Source of the DNA: a virus
DNA: 44,586 nt
Strand: one strand, 5' to 3'
Virus record (IMG/VR): IMGVR_UViG_3300045689_000016
Program-made: the position numbers and the translations under genes
Shown: positions 1 through 9,479 of the stretch, piece after piece
Layout: every line of letters begins with the position of its first letter
How positions within the stretch are numbered: the first letter of the stretch is position 1
The notes under the pieces: generated by a model
Database searches by the model: none
Seen by the model: only the letters and a program-made list of their open reading frames with translations
What the model was told of the DNA's origin: nothing

Positions 1-127
1 TTAAAAGTTCTTGTGGTTCAATAGCCCCCAAGTGCTTATAAACGTTTAGCACTATCTTTTTAGGACGAACTCCATCAAATTCGACTTCTAATTGTGCATC
101 AGCATTATCAAATCCGTTTAATACAAA
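1..127. repeat. Terminal overlap copy A. It is identical to 44460..44586 and marks circular closure of the contig.
   Basis: Direct string comparison of both window ends. Identity runs exactly to both window edges. The repeat lies inside a tail gene, far from the packaging genes. Confidence 0.95.
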
Positions 128-571
128 CTGCAACATTTCAACGTTAGTGTGATTAGTTCCCTCAAATTCAAGAGTACGCTTCATATCAGCTATTTCATTG
201 ATTCCAATAACAATGCCAGTGTCACTAAATATCTTGCTCATATACCATGAAAACGGCTGTGGTGACGTTGCTTTAATTGGTGGAAATTCTTCTGACACAA
301 TATCAATCGTTCCTGAGAAACACGTCAATTTTTTATAATCATCGCTCAAACTATCGTCAGCATCGTAAATTGTAAACCAGTAATTTCTACCAGTTTTATC
401 TGTACACATAATGTAATAGCCTTGTATCCAATGTTCAGCGTTTAAACTGTTAACCGCTACTTCGATATCAAGTGTTTCAAGGATAGAACCGATGTACTTA
501 CCGATTAAATAATCATCAGTTTCATACACGTCCAGTGCATTATAATTTCTATCTGTTAGTGTGAAAATCAT
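1..571 (-). CDS. N-terminal part of the tail-tip / receptor-binding protein (prophage-tail, Tal-like). It is the same ORF as 42283..44459 across the circular junction, about 915 aa in total.
   Basis: The ATG at 571 overlaps the TGA of the Dit gene (ATGA). The frame is open to base 1. It is in phase with the 42283..44511 ORF once the 127-bp overlap is collapsed (571-52=519, divisible by 3). Confidence 0.85.
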   Translation of the reverse strand, partial: MIFTLTDRNYNALDVYETDDYLIGKYIGSILETLDIEVAVNSLNAEHWIQGYYIMCTDKTGRNYWFTIYDADDSLSDDYKKLTCFSGTIDIVSEEFPPIKATSPQPFSWYMSKIFSDTGIVIGINEIADMKRTLEFEGTNHTNVEMLQFVLNGFDNADAQLEVEFDGVRPKKIVLNVYKHLGAIEPQELL

Positions 572-2037
572 ATATACGCTTCACGTCCTCTCAATGTAAT
601 TTTAGGTACTGCAGAAAAATCACTGTACGCTAAATAAAAAGTGCTCTTGCCAGGAGGTGCTGTTATTGTTGTGCTAGCTGGATCTCGATATTGTAAATAA
701 TTAACATCGTTAATCTCACAAAAAATATTCTGTCCTTCTTGCCAATATTTCAAAATATCGCCATTACTAAATTTATTAGGAATATCTTGCCAGTACTCAA
801 CATTATGTTTCACTAATCTGATAGCTCTTATTAAATTATTTGTGATTGATGGATTAGTCTTGTAAGCTGCTCCATACCATGTAACAAAATGTAGTTCTTT
901 ATTTGGATTAGATAACTTAAACTTCTGCATTGTTTTAGTAGATGAATGTCTGAACGTGATATAGTCACCAATTTTTTCAACGATGAATGAATAACGTTCA
1001 TCACTCATATTTTGATAGTAATCATTTGTATTCATACGTGACCACACGCGCTTACCTTCAACATAGAAAACTAAATCGGACTTTTCTTGAGCTGGATTGT
1101 TATCCTCAAATACAACTGAGGCAATGATGTTTCCAGAAGCATCTGCAAAAGAAACTGATTCATGTCCAACTTGTTTATGCTTGTTGGGTCCTCCACCATC
1201 AGTATTGAAGTCCATCCTAAAATCACTTCGCCAGTTAATTGGGTACTTACCGTTTTTATCAAGAGGAACAGTTTTCGTTAAAGATGGGCCATGCCAAGAA
1301 TTACCAGTTCCATAATTGGTCGGTCTAACGAAGCCTAAAGGCTTATCTTTATACTCAACAGTACCAACTTGTTTCCTTTCTGGTGTGACTGGTGGTGTGT
1401 AACCATCATTTAATCTCCAACCTCTGTCAATATTAAAGTGATCATCAAATAATAAATCAGACTTATCATAAACATAGCCATCTACCTCTTCTACTGTACC
1501 CAACAATACTTTAGTAGACATGTCATCATTCTGAATACCTAAAAAGCCATTATCACTAGAGAATGAAGCTTCTAGCGATAATGACATAAGTTCAGTCCCT
1601 TTGTTGTCGATTAAGATATAGTTGTTTGTTCCTTCGTTTGTGTAGACTGATTCATCAATTGAGAATGATGCACCTTTGAATATTTCCCAATTAATTGTGC
1701 CTTCTTCTTCTAATATGTCCCCATCACTATTACTCACTTCGGGGAAAGCCCAATAGAATCTATCAGGTTGATCACCGAAAATAAGTTTCTTAGGTTCTCT
1801 TACATTTAATATTTTAGAGATACTTTCTTTTTTAGATAACAAATCACCAATCAAATAGTAATCCATTGCTATAATATACGAATCAGATTCAATACCTAAA
1901 AATTTCGAATATTTTTTATTTCTTATCGACTCTGAACGAGATTTATATTTTGGTCCAGGTAGTCGCTTTATCGATGTTACATATAAAAAATCAGATAACA
2001 GTTTATCATTAAATTTAACTTCAAAAACATCACTCAT
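568..2037 (-). CDS. Distal tail protein (Dit), long form with an inserted or extra domain
   Basis: 489-aa ORF directly downstream of the tape measure gene (TAATG overlap) and upstream of the tail-tip gene. The position and N-terminal region are typical of siphovirus Dit proteins. Confidence 0.7.
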   Translation of the reverse strand: MSDVFEVKFNDKLLSDFLYVTSIKRLPGPKYKSRSESIRNKKYSKFLGIESDSYIIAMDYYLIGDLLSKKESISKILNVREPKKLIFGDQPDRFYWAFPEVSNSDGDILEEEGTINWEIFKGASFSIDESVYTNEGTNNYILIDNKGTELMSLSLEASFSSDNGFLGIQNDDMSTKVLLGTVEEVDGYVYDKSDLLFDDHFNIDRGWRLNDGYTPPVTPERKQVGTVEYKDKPLGFVRPTNYGTGNSWHGPSLTKTVPLDKNGKYPINWRSDFRMDFNTDGGGPNKHKQVGHESVSFADASGNIIASVVFEDNNPAQEKSDLVFYVEGKRVWSRMNTNDYYQNMSDERYSFIVEKIGDYITFRHSSTKTMQKFKLSNPNKELHFVTWYGAAYKTNPSITNNLIRAIRLVKHNVEYWQDIPNKFSNGDILKYWQEGQNIFCEINDVNYLQYRDPASTTITAPPGKSTFYLAYSDFSAVPKITLRGREAYI

Positions 2038-5000
2038 TACTTGCTCCTACCTTTCATAATAATATTTTTAGTTCTATTAGTTTTTTGATTTTCTGCATAA
2101 ACGATATCAGCAATTTCAACACCAACTAATTTTTTATCCATCATAATAACTGAACTCTTCTGAAGAATTTGTTCTAAATAGTTTAAAATACTATCAACTC
2201 TACTGTTAAGTTCTGTTAAATCAATTAAATTTTGATTGACAATAGTTTGTTTTCCATGATTCGAATTAACACGTTCCAAATCTTTAACTAAAGTAGAATT
2301 CTTAGGAACTCCGACACCTTGAGCGTATCGAGGTACTCCCATTCTGTTCATGATTCTTTTAGTATCACTAGCTTTGATTACTTTAGTTCCAATTGGAGCA
2401 TTAGGTATATAAACATCTCTACCTTTAGGGATAAATGCGGCTTTTCCTGGGAATTTAACTATCTCTTCATAAAGAGAACCCTTTTGGTCGTTTACAATCA
2501 TGTCACCACCAGGATGATAATTTGTTCCTCTAAACGTTGGAATTGCTGTGTGACCTGTTCTACGACCTCTATACTCAACATCAATAACTACATTTTTACT
2601 GTAAACCTGAGCAATCGCATTCTTTGCTGCTTCTACTTCTCCGTAATTTGCTGTAGCATGTAAATGTTTAGCTCCGATTTTCTGCTCATTGTAATCAATA
2701 ATTTTTCTTTGAGCGGCACTCACATTATTTACAGCATTTGTATTGTTAGCTAACAATATTTTTAAATCTTCTGGTAAAGCATTGTAGATGTCTAACGCTT
2801 GTTTTGTCTGCTCAACTGTTAGTTTAGCTGGATTGTCAGCAAGTAAAGTCTTTAATTCTGGTGGTAGTGAATTCCATTGATTTAATTTATCTGCTGATTC
2901 CATCATTTTATAAATAGCATCCGCATTTTCCACACCTAAAAGTTTTCTGTCAGCATTAAATGCATTCCACATACCCAACTCATTTATTGTGTCAAATAAT
3001 TTAATCTTAGCTTCATCGTTATTTAGCAACAGACGTTTATCTTCTAAAGATAAAAATTGCCACTTATCAACTTCTCCCATCGCAATAGCTATCTCTTCTT
3101 TAGCGTTTGTGGTTAAGTCTGCATTCTTAGCAAGAAACTCTAACTGATTCCAACCATTCTCTGTTTGAGCTATCTCAACTAAAGTATCAGCCATATTGGT
3201 TTTAACTTCACCAGTTTTAGGGTCAAACGCTAGTTCATTCCAAGCTATGTCCGCTTCACTCATACCTTTAGCAAACATATCTAAGTTAGTTCCTGTTTTC
3301 TCTATACTGCTATTTACAAGAGCATTGACTTCATCTACTGTCCAACCATATTGCTCCCAAACTGTAGCCATACTTTCTATTGAATGACCTTGTTCTAATC
3401 TTAGTTTAGCAAGTCCTAGAACCATGGATTCGGTACTATTTTTGTGTTCCGTATCTAATTCTTTTAAAAGAGATATCTGCCTTTGGGTACCTTTTTCAGT
3501 ACCTTCTAAAATAGCTTCTTGACTTTTTTTATAAGATTCTTGTTCTTTATTTAAAGCTTTGCTAACATTATTAGCCCTTGTTTCGAGTTCTTTATAACTG
3601 AATTTAGTTAAATCTTTTTGGTAGGCTGATTCAATAGCAATTATTTCGCCTTTTGTAAATCCAGCTAACTCTAATTGTTTAGCAGATAATTGTTTGTAAT
3701 TTGCTTCAATGTATTGGCGTTCTTGATCAGAAATATCTCTAGTATTTTTACTTGCATTACTCAAAATAGTATTAATCTTATTAACCCTGTCTTGAGCTTG
3801 GTGAACTAATTGTTCACCATATTTTTTGTCGTTTTCTGCTTGTTGTTTCAGACTATCTTTTATAGGACCATCTTTCAGTTTTTCAGCATTTTTAGTTTGA
3901 CGTTCATACTCTTTATCAATCGTTTTCTGGATAGACTCCACTATGTCTTGATTAGCTTGAATAGCCTTATCGGCTGAAGTTTTCACACCATCAGCATACT
4001 CATTGATATAACTTGTAGCTTTTTCTCTCAATTCGTAAGATTTCTCAATCACTTTATCTTGCTCTTTAGTTACTTCCGTACCCCACTTAGCACCTGCCAA
4101 TTGATGATTGTCATAAGCTTTTTTACCTAGGTATAAAGCAGTGCCGACTGCAGCTATAGAGGCAACAGCTATTGTTGCTGGTCCAGCCAACGCTACCAAT
4201 GATGTTCCTAACCCAGCTACTCCGCCAGTTCCTGCGGTGCCAGCTGCAACAGTTGCTGATTTACCAAATAAACTTAGTTTAGTAGCTCCGCCACCTAAAA
4301 CAGTTGCTAAAGTTTCAGCGTTAACCGTTCCTTTAACTAATTGTTCTGATAATTCTGCAATAGCTTTTTTCTTAACCGACTTAGCTTTTAAATCAACAAA
4401 AGCTTTTCCTAAACCACCTATATTTTGTGACAATTTACCTGTAATTGAAAGTAAAGGGCCTGCAGCAGCAGCACCTCCAACTAACCCTACAATCATTCTT
4501 TGTGTCTTAGGATCTAACTCACTAAATTTGGTTGCTAAGTCTCCAAGTCCTTTTATTAAAGGTTTACTAGATTCTAAACCATCTCTTAACGCATCAACAA
4601 AAGGACCTCCTAAGTCAATAGCTGCATCTACTGCTTCATTTTTAAGCATCTTCAATTTGGATTCTGTTGTTTCGTATCTCTTACCAGCTTCTTCTGCTAG
4701 TGCGGTGTTTTCTTTAAAAGCACTGTTACCCATTTTTACCGCATCTGAGAACACACCACTTGCATTTGCAGCTCTTAATAGAGAGTCTCTTAAACGAACT
4801 TCAGTAATATCCATATCATCTAAAACAGCAATTGCAGATTTACCTTGAGATTCAGCATTAGCCAAACCATCAACAAATTTCATAATCGCTTTTGAAGGAT
4901 CTTGTTTAAATAAATTACCAAATTCAGCATTAGTCATACTAGCTACTTCTGCAAAATTTTGTAATGAAATAGCAGATTTATCCGCTTCTTTGTACATTGA

Positions 5001-6506
5001 ACTCAATTGTTTATTAGTCAATCCCATTTGACCAGCAGTAGCTTTTAAAGTGTTCCCGCCTTTTTGAACAGCATAGGACATTTGATCAAATGAAACACCA
5101 CTTTGATTACCTAAATTAATTAACTCATCAAATGCTCCCATACCCTTTTCAGCAGCGAGTTGCATTTGAATCATCACTTTGGAGAAGGCACTTCCTCCAG
5201 CCTCAGCTTCAACTCCAACGGAACTTAATGCTGCAGCAAATCCTAAAATTTCACCTTCAGTCATTCCAATTTGAGAACCTGCCCCAGCCAAACGAAGTGA
5301 CATCGCGGAAATTTCACCTTCAGTTGTGGCAAAATTATTTCCCAAATCAACTAATGCTGAACCTAAGTTACTAAATTTGTCTTGTGACATTCCAGTAATA
5401 TTAGCAAATCTAGCCAGCTCAGTCGCTGCAGTTTCGGCACTCATGCTTGTTGATTCGCCTAAATCAATCATTGTCTTAGTGAATGACACTACGTTAGGTG
5501 TCTCAATTCCTAATTGTCCAGCGGCTTCTGCAACAGCAGCAATTTCTTTATGACTTGAAGGGAGTTCTTTAGAAAGACCTCTTAGTCCATTTTCTAAATC
5601 TTTGTATGAGTAAGTGACACGTCCGTTTGAGTCAACAACTTCATCAACAGTTTTCTTAACTCCGGCAAATGCCGACTCCCAAGATACCGCAGCCGTAGTA
5701 ACAGCTGCAGCTCCTGAAACTAATGGTAATGTAATACCTTTAGTTAATTTGCCACCGTAGTTTTCCATAGTTTGACCATTTTTAATGAGAGAATCACTAG
5801 CCTTGTTAATTGCTCCAGTAAAACCTTGACTCTTTACTTGAAGTTCAGCTGTCTTCCCAGCTGTTCTAATCAATTCATTTTGAGCTTCTTTTAACATTAA
5901 AGACAATTCTTTTGTTGCTTCTGTTGCTTTACCATTAACGAATGACTGATCATAGGTTTCTTTCAACGCCGCAACATGTGTTTTTTGCTCGGCCATTATC
6001 CTTGTTAAGCCTTCATAATTTGCACCCATTACTTTTTGTTGATTACCTAGTAAACTTGCTGATTCCATATTAAGTTGCATTTCTCTAGTCAAATGGTTAA
6101 TATTCTCTTTTGCTTTTTCAGATTTCTCTGAATACATCATCATAGATTTTTCAACATTAGAAAGTTGTTGCTTGTAATTCGCAAGCTTTCCATTCGCATC
6201 TTGTAATTGAGTCGCTAATCGTTTAGTTGAATCAGTTGCTTTACCATCAACAAATGATTCATCATAAGCTTTTTTAAGAGCTTGAACTTGTTTTTCTTGT
6301 GCACTAATTATTTTTGTCAGTCCATCATAACGAGAACCTAGTTTGCCTAATTGGTTTCCTGCCATATCAGCTATTTTCATGTTAGCTTGCATTTCTTTAG
6401 CTAGGTATCGAACTTGTTTCTTGCTATTCTCAACACCTTTTCCAAATTCAGCATCGTCAAGACCTAGCTTAATGACCATGTTACCTAATGGAGTTCCACC
6501 AGACAT
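2037..6506 (-). CDS. Tail tape measure protein
   Basis: 1489-aa ORF with coiled-coil, Ala/Gly-rich and hydrophobic central segments and an internal N-terminal duplication. It follows the chaperone pair. RBS is GAAGGAGGTG. Confidence 0.9.
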   Translation of the reverse strand: MSGGTPLGNMVIKLGLDDAEFGKGVENSKKQVRYLAKEMQANMKIADMAGNQLGKLGSRYDGLTKIISAQEKQVQALKKAYDESFVDGKATDSTKRLATQLQDANGKLANYKQQLSNVEKSMMMYSEKSEKAKENINHLTREMQLNMESASLLGNQQKVMGANYEGLTRIMAEQKTHVAALKETYDQSFVNGKATEATKELSLMLKEAQNELIRTAGKTAELQVKSQGFTGAINKASDSLIKNGQTMENYGGKLTKGITLPLVSGAAAVTTAAVSWESAFAGVKKTVDEVVDSNGRVTYSYKDLENGLRGLSKELPSSHKEIAAVAEAAGQLGIETPNVVSFTKTMIDLGESTSMSAETAATELARFANITGMSQDKFSNLGSALVDLGNNFATTEGEISAMSLRLAGAGSQIGMTEGEILGFAAALSSVGVEAEAGGSAFSKVMIQMQLAAEKGMGAFDELINLGNQSGVSFDQMSYAVQKGGNTLKATAGQMGLTNKQLSSMYKEADKSAISLQNFAEVASMTNAEFGNLFKQDPSKAIMKFVDGLANAESQGKSAIAVLDDMDITEVRLRDSLLRAANASGVFSDAVKMGNSAFKENTALAEEAGKRYETTESKLKMLKNEAVDAAIDLGGPFVDALRDGLESSKPLIKGLGDLATKFSELDPKTQRMIVGLVGGAAAAGPLLSITGKLSQNIGGLGKAFVDLKAKSVKKKAIAELSEQLVKGTVNAETLATVLGGGATKLSLFGKSATVAAGTAGTGGVAGLGTSLVALAGPATIAVASIAAVGTALYLGKKAYDNHQLAGAKWGTEVTKEQDKVIEKSYELREKATSYINEYADGVKTSADKAIQANQDIVESIQKTIDKEYERQTKNAEKLKDGPIKDSLKQQAENDKKYGEQLVHQAQDRVNKINTILSNASKNTRDISDQERQYIEANYKQLSAKQLELAGFTKGEIIAIESAYQKDLTKFSYKELETRANNVSKALNKEQESYKKSQEAILEGTEKGTQRQISLLKELDTEHKNSTESMVLGLAKLRLEQGHSIESMATVWEQYGWTVDEVNALVNSSIEKTGTNLDMFAKGMSEADIAWNELAFDPKTGEVKTNMADTLVEIAQTENGWNQLEFLAKNADLTTNAKEEIAIAMGEVDKWQFLSLEDKRLLLNNDEAKIKLFDTINELGMWNAFNADRKLLGVENADAIYKMMESADKLNQWNSLPPELKTLLADNPAKLTVEQTKQALDIYNALPEDLKILLANNTNAVNNVSAAQRKIIDYNEQKIGAKHLHATANYGEVEAAKNAIAQVYSKNVVIDVEYRGRRTGHTAIPTFRGTNYHPGGDMIVNDQKGSLYEEIVKFPGKAAFIPKGRDVYIPNAPIGTKVIKASDTKRIMNRMGVPRYAQGVGVPKNSTLVKDLERVNSNHGKQTIVNQNLIDLTELNSRVDSILNYLEQILQKSSVIMMDKKLVGVEIADIVYAENQKTNRTKNIIMKGRSK

Positions 6507-7051
6507 CTAAGCACCTCCTTCTTTAAGCACTAACTTTCTAACTGGTTTATTTTTCTTAGATTTTTTTGGAGAACTTAATAAAATCTCGTCAATATCCAAA
6601 CAGTCCGTTTCCATCACATTTTTTATTGTCATAGAAGGGATTTTTTGAATAATGTCTTTAATGAGATTTATTTGGAGGTCGTAAAATCTTGACCACGTAA
6701 CAGTTGCTCCATCATCGCTTTTTTTGCTGCTTCATCCTCTTCTCTTGAGAAACCTAAAACACGATATCGAACAATGTCATAAACTTGTTTGAAATCATGA
6801 GAATCTAAACCGTTCAAGATAGCTTCTTTAGTGACTTCATCGCTCTCAAACAAACCTGCGACAAATTCAGCTTGAAGCTCTTCATATTCATGAGTTTCTG
6901 TTTCTTTTTCTGATTCTTTATTTTTCTGCTCCAACTCAGCTTCTTTTCTGATGTAATCAATTTTTTTAGATTGAGGAACAAAGTCACAGAAATATTCTTT
7001 AACTTTTCCATCATTGTTTCTAAGACTTAATTTGATTGTTCTTTCTTCCAT
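6507..7051 (-). CDS. Tail assembly chaperone, -1 frameshift-extended form (G-T analogue)
   Basis: The -1 frame is open from the A AAA AAA run (6719..6725) to a TAG at 6507..6509, immediately before the tape measure ATG. I translated about 70 codons by hand without finding a stop. Confidence 0.65.
6668..7051 (-). CDS. Tail assembly chaperone (G analogue)
   Basis: 127-aa acidic ORF between the major tail and tape measure genes. It contains the A7 slippery run near its 3' end. Confidence 0.75.
   Translation of the reverse strand: MEERTIKLSLRNNDGKVKEYFCDFVPQSKKIDYIRKEAELEQKNKESEKETETHEYEELQAEFVAGLFESDEVTKEAILNGLDSHDFKQVYDIVRYRVLGFSREEDEAAKKAMMEQLLRGQDFTTSK
6719..6725 (-). promoter_or_regulatory. 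Candidate -1 programmed ribosomal frameshift slippery heptamer A AAA AAA
   Basis: T7 on the plus strand. In frame 0 it reads GCA AAA AAA GCG. This is the canonical position for siphovirus chaperone frameshifting. Confidence 0.6.
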
Positions 7052-7073
7052 TAATAAAACCTCCTGTAATTTT

Positions 7074-7106
7074 CAAAAATAAAAAAGGCTAGTCTTTCGA
7101 CTAACC
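7074..7106 (-). terminator. Intrinsic terminator overlapping the stop codon of the major tail protein gene
   Basis: The minus-strand RNA forms GGUUAGUC-GAAA-GACUAGCC followed by UUUUUUAUUUUU. Confidence 0.7.
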
Positions 7107-7706
7107 TTCTGGAACTGTTGTTGCTTCTCCTAACACTGCAGTCTTAAGTGCTTCAACGTTTGCAGTACCTACTGCTCTAAGAACTTTCATTTTTTCTGTT
7201 TTGTCACCAACTGTGATTTCACGAGTAACAGCGTTATGAACATACTCGCCTGGTTCTGGAGTAAAATCTTCATCAGTCTTAGTAGCTAAAGAGAAACCAT
7301 CTCTATTGAACTTACCTGCAACTAAAGCCCAAGCGATTGCTTCACCTGATAGGGTTTCTGATTCTGCAAAAACGGCAACATAAGGTGGATCAGTTTTGTC
7401 TCCAAAACCATCGATACCTTCTTTCATTTGAACAAGCCCTAACCATTCAGCTTCAATTTCTGCTGGCACATCTAACACACCAAAATTTCCAGCTGCTGCA
7501 CCTACGCCTTTAGAAGCTAAGTAGTACTCTCTGTCACCAGCAAAAACTTTAACTGCTTCTTTTGCTAATCCAGTTAATTCAAAACTAACTGGACCACCTT
7601 CTTCTTGAACACCTTCTAATACTCTAATTTTTTTAGTAGTATCTGGTGTTAAATCTTTCTTTAAAACACGTGTTGATAATTTATTAAAACCGTAAGTTTC
7701 TGGCAT
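7101..7706 (-). CDS. Major tail protein
   Basis: 201-aa ORF between the head-tail joining genes and the chaperone pair, followed by a strong terminator. Its composition is typical of phi13-type major tail proteins. Confidence 0.75.
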   Translation of the reverse strand: MPETYGFNKLSTRVLKKDLTPDTTKKIRVLEGVQEEGGPVSFELTGLAKEAVKVFAGDREYYLASKGVGAAAGNFGVLDVPAEIEAEWLGLVQMKEGIDGFGDKTDPPYVAVFAESETLSGEAIAWALVAGKFNRDGFSLATKTDEDFTPEPGEYVHNAVTREITVGDKTEKMKVLRAVGTANVEALKTAVLGEATTVPEG

Positions 7707-7737
7707 TTAATATTCCTCCTAATAAAATAGACACCGA

Positions 7738-8157
7738 TTAATAATCAGTGTCGTAAATTTTTGTATTTTTTCGATAGCGCCTTGCTTGAACAAAGCGTTT
7801 TGTTTCAGTGAAATAAGTATTTAATCCACCAGATAATTGTATGAAATCATTCTCCCACATAATTTTTTTAATCTCTTTTGAGAGTTCATCTGTTAATTTT
7901 CTGTTGGTAGTTTCAACATTTATCTGATAACTGAATGTTTGTGACATTTCTTTATTTGCTGCAAAATAAGCACTTTCTGGTGGTCCTAATGGAGTATCAA
8001 TCACAATGAATGGTTTACTAGTATCTAGTGATTCAGGTACTTCATAAAACTTGATACGATATTCTGTTTTACCTTTATCATTTACAAAACTAGTTTTTTC
8101 TTTGATTAAATCATTTGTGATTAATTGGTTATAAACTTCCATCATCATATCTTTCAT
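7738..8157 (-). CDS. Tail completion / tail terminator-like protein
   Basis: 139-aa ORF in the conserved position just upstream of the major tail gene. It overlaps the preceding gene by 4 nt. Confidence 0.5.
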   Translation of the reverse strand: MKDMMMEVYNQLITNDLIKEKTSFVNDKGKTEYRIKFYEVPESLDTSKPFIVIDTPLGPPESAYFAANKEMSQTFSYQINVETTNRKLTDELSKEIKKIMWENDFIQLSGGLNTYFTETKRFVQARRYRKNTKIYDTDY

Positions 8158-8552
8158 CGGGCCAATTCCTCCAATTCTCCACGCATTTTTTCAAAGGCAG
8201 AGCCTTCAGTCTTATCAACCACACCTTGTAATTTTCCCATACCACGAGGACTAACATAGCGTCCAAACCTTGTATAACCAAACTCGCTAAGATGGACTAA
8301 ACGCCAACGAGAGCCAGCTCCCCAACCTACCGCAATTTGTTTTGGTGATCCTTTTTTGACTCCAGATACAATAACAGTTGAATGAGTTTCCCCAGTATCT
8401 TGATAGGTAGCAACAGCAGCTTTTACATCTTCCTGTAACTCTTTACCGTAATTTCTAAGAGCTTTATTGATAACTCTTGTAGCTCGTGCTTTCCCTAACT
8501 TCGCTTCAATATTTTTGATGATTTCATCTGTTCCTGTTACACTCACACTCAT
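8154..8552 (-). CDS. HK97 gp10-like head-tail joining protein
   Basis: 132 aa. The call rests on position and an N-terminal pattern (KLGKARATRVINKALRNYGKELQEDVK) typical of the gp10 family. Confidence 0.6.
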   Translation of the reverse strand: MSVSVTGTDEIIKNIEAKLGKARATRVINKALRNYGKELQEDVKAAVATYQDTGETHSTVIVSGVKKGSPKQIAVGWGAGSRWRLVHLSEFGYTRFGRYVSPRGMGKLQGVVDKTEGSAFEKMRGELEELAR

Positions 8553-8920
8553 GATGTGATACCCAGAATAATCTTTACAAAATCATTATTTTCTATGTCA
8601 GGAGCGTGGTCTACAATATCCCAAACTTTATCCTTGTATCTGAAATCATCAAGAATAACCTTGTGTTTGTTGCTTGGTAAATAATCCATGTATGGATCTC
8701 GTATTTTAATCGTGACAGCTTCTTTAGTTCCTTTACCGCTTAAAATATCTCTGTCTTTGGAAGACGGTTTATAAACTAGGCAAGTACAGTTATAAAGCTC
8801 TTCTTTTTCTTCTTCACCTGGTTCGGGGCCGTCTGAAGGTTTAAACTCAAAAAAAGAAACTGGTGTATTTAAAGCACCAGCTGTAATCTTTTTCGGTTTG
8901 TAATTTGAATTAATCGCCAA
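8549..8920 (-). CDS. Head closure / head-tail adaptor protein
   Basis: 123-aa ORF, translationally coupled, in the position after the gp6-like connector. Confidence 0.55.
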   Translation of the reverse strand: MAINSNYKPKKITAGALNTPVSFFEFKPSDGPEPGEEEKEELYNCTCLVYKPSSKDRDILSGKGTKEAVTIKIRDPYMDYLPSNKHKVILDDFRYKDKVWDIVDHAPDIENNDFVKIILGITS

Positions 8921-9209
8921 CTAACTCACCGCCTAAAGCTAAAGAAGCATCTAAGATAGCTTGTTGAAAGTTGTCATTAAAGAACTCAATTGATTCATTT
9001 CGAACGTATCTTACACGTTCAAATACCAATTCGACACCTTCTGAAAATTCATCAGGATTAAATTTACCAATCAAGGTTTTAATAATCTTGAATGAACTTT
9101 CAAGCTGTTCTCCAATATCTTCATCTTCGGAAGAATGGAAGATACGGAAGCGTGCTTTGTACTGACTGATAAATTCTGTTGTATTCATCGTGACTTCTTT
9201 TTCTTCCAT
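8910..9209 (-). CDS. gp6-like head-tail connector protein
   Basis: 99 aa. The pattern RIFHSSEDEDIGEQLESSFKIIKTLIG resembles the DNA-packaging / connector family. RBS is AAAGGAAGGTG. Confidence 0.6.
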   Translation of the reverse strand: MEEKEVTMNTTEFISQYKARFRIFHSSEDEDIGEQLESSFKIIKTLIGKFNPDEFSEGVELVFERVRYVRNESIEFFNDNFQQAILDASLALGGELVGD

Positions 9210-9226
9210 CAGAAAAGCACCTTCCT

Positions 9227-9469
9227 TTACTCGGATTCTGAAGTTTCTACTTCATCATGTTCTTCAATCGTTTGTGTTTCTTCAACAACTTCTTCATTCG
9301 GCTTTTTATCAATACGCTCTAAAAAAGAGCTACCTAGTGTTTTAATAACTTGGTCAGCTCTTTTTACAGCAATATCAATAACTTCTTCTGGTTGATAAAC
9401 TTTCCCTTTACCTGGTACTTTTGGATCATCAAGTAATCTAAATTCTTTTAACACTTTAAATTCAGCCAT
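9227..9469 (-). CDS. Hypothetical acidic head-module protein
   Basis: 80-aa ORF directly after the capsid gene, with an acidic C-terminal tail. Confidence 0.6.
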   Translation of the reverse strand: MAEFKVLKEFRLLDDPKVPGKGKVYQPEEVIDIAVKRADQVIKTLGSSFLERIDKKPNEEVVEETQTIEEHDEVETSESE

Positions 9470-9479
9470 TTATTTCACC

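Noticed and set aside
1-127. The terminal repeat as a biological direct terminal repeat or packaging end
   Set aside because: It lies inside a tail gene and far from terS/cos. Its identity stops exactly at the window edges, which is the behaviour of an assembly overlap.
4141-4848. 235-aa plus-strand ORF inside the tape measure gene, together with other plus-strand ORFs at 2319..2663, 3196..3387, 5132..5553 and 1097..1315
   Set aside because: These are antisense shadow ORFs within long, well-supported minus-strand genes. They have low-complexity Pro/Ala/Ser-rich translations and no RBS.
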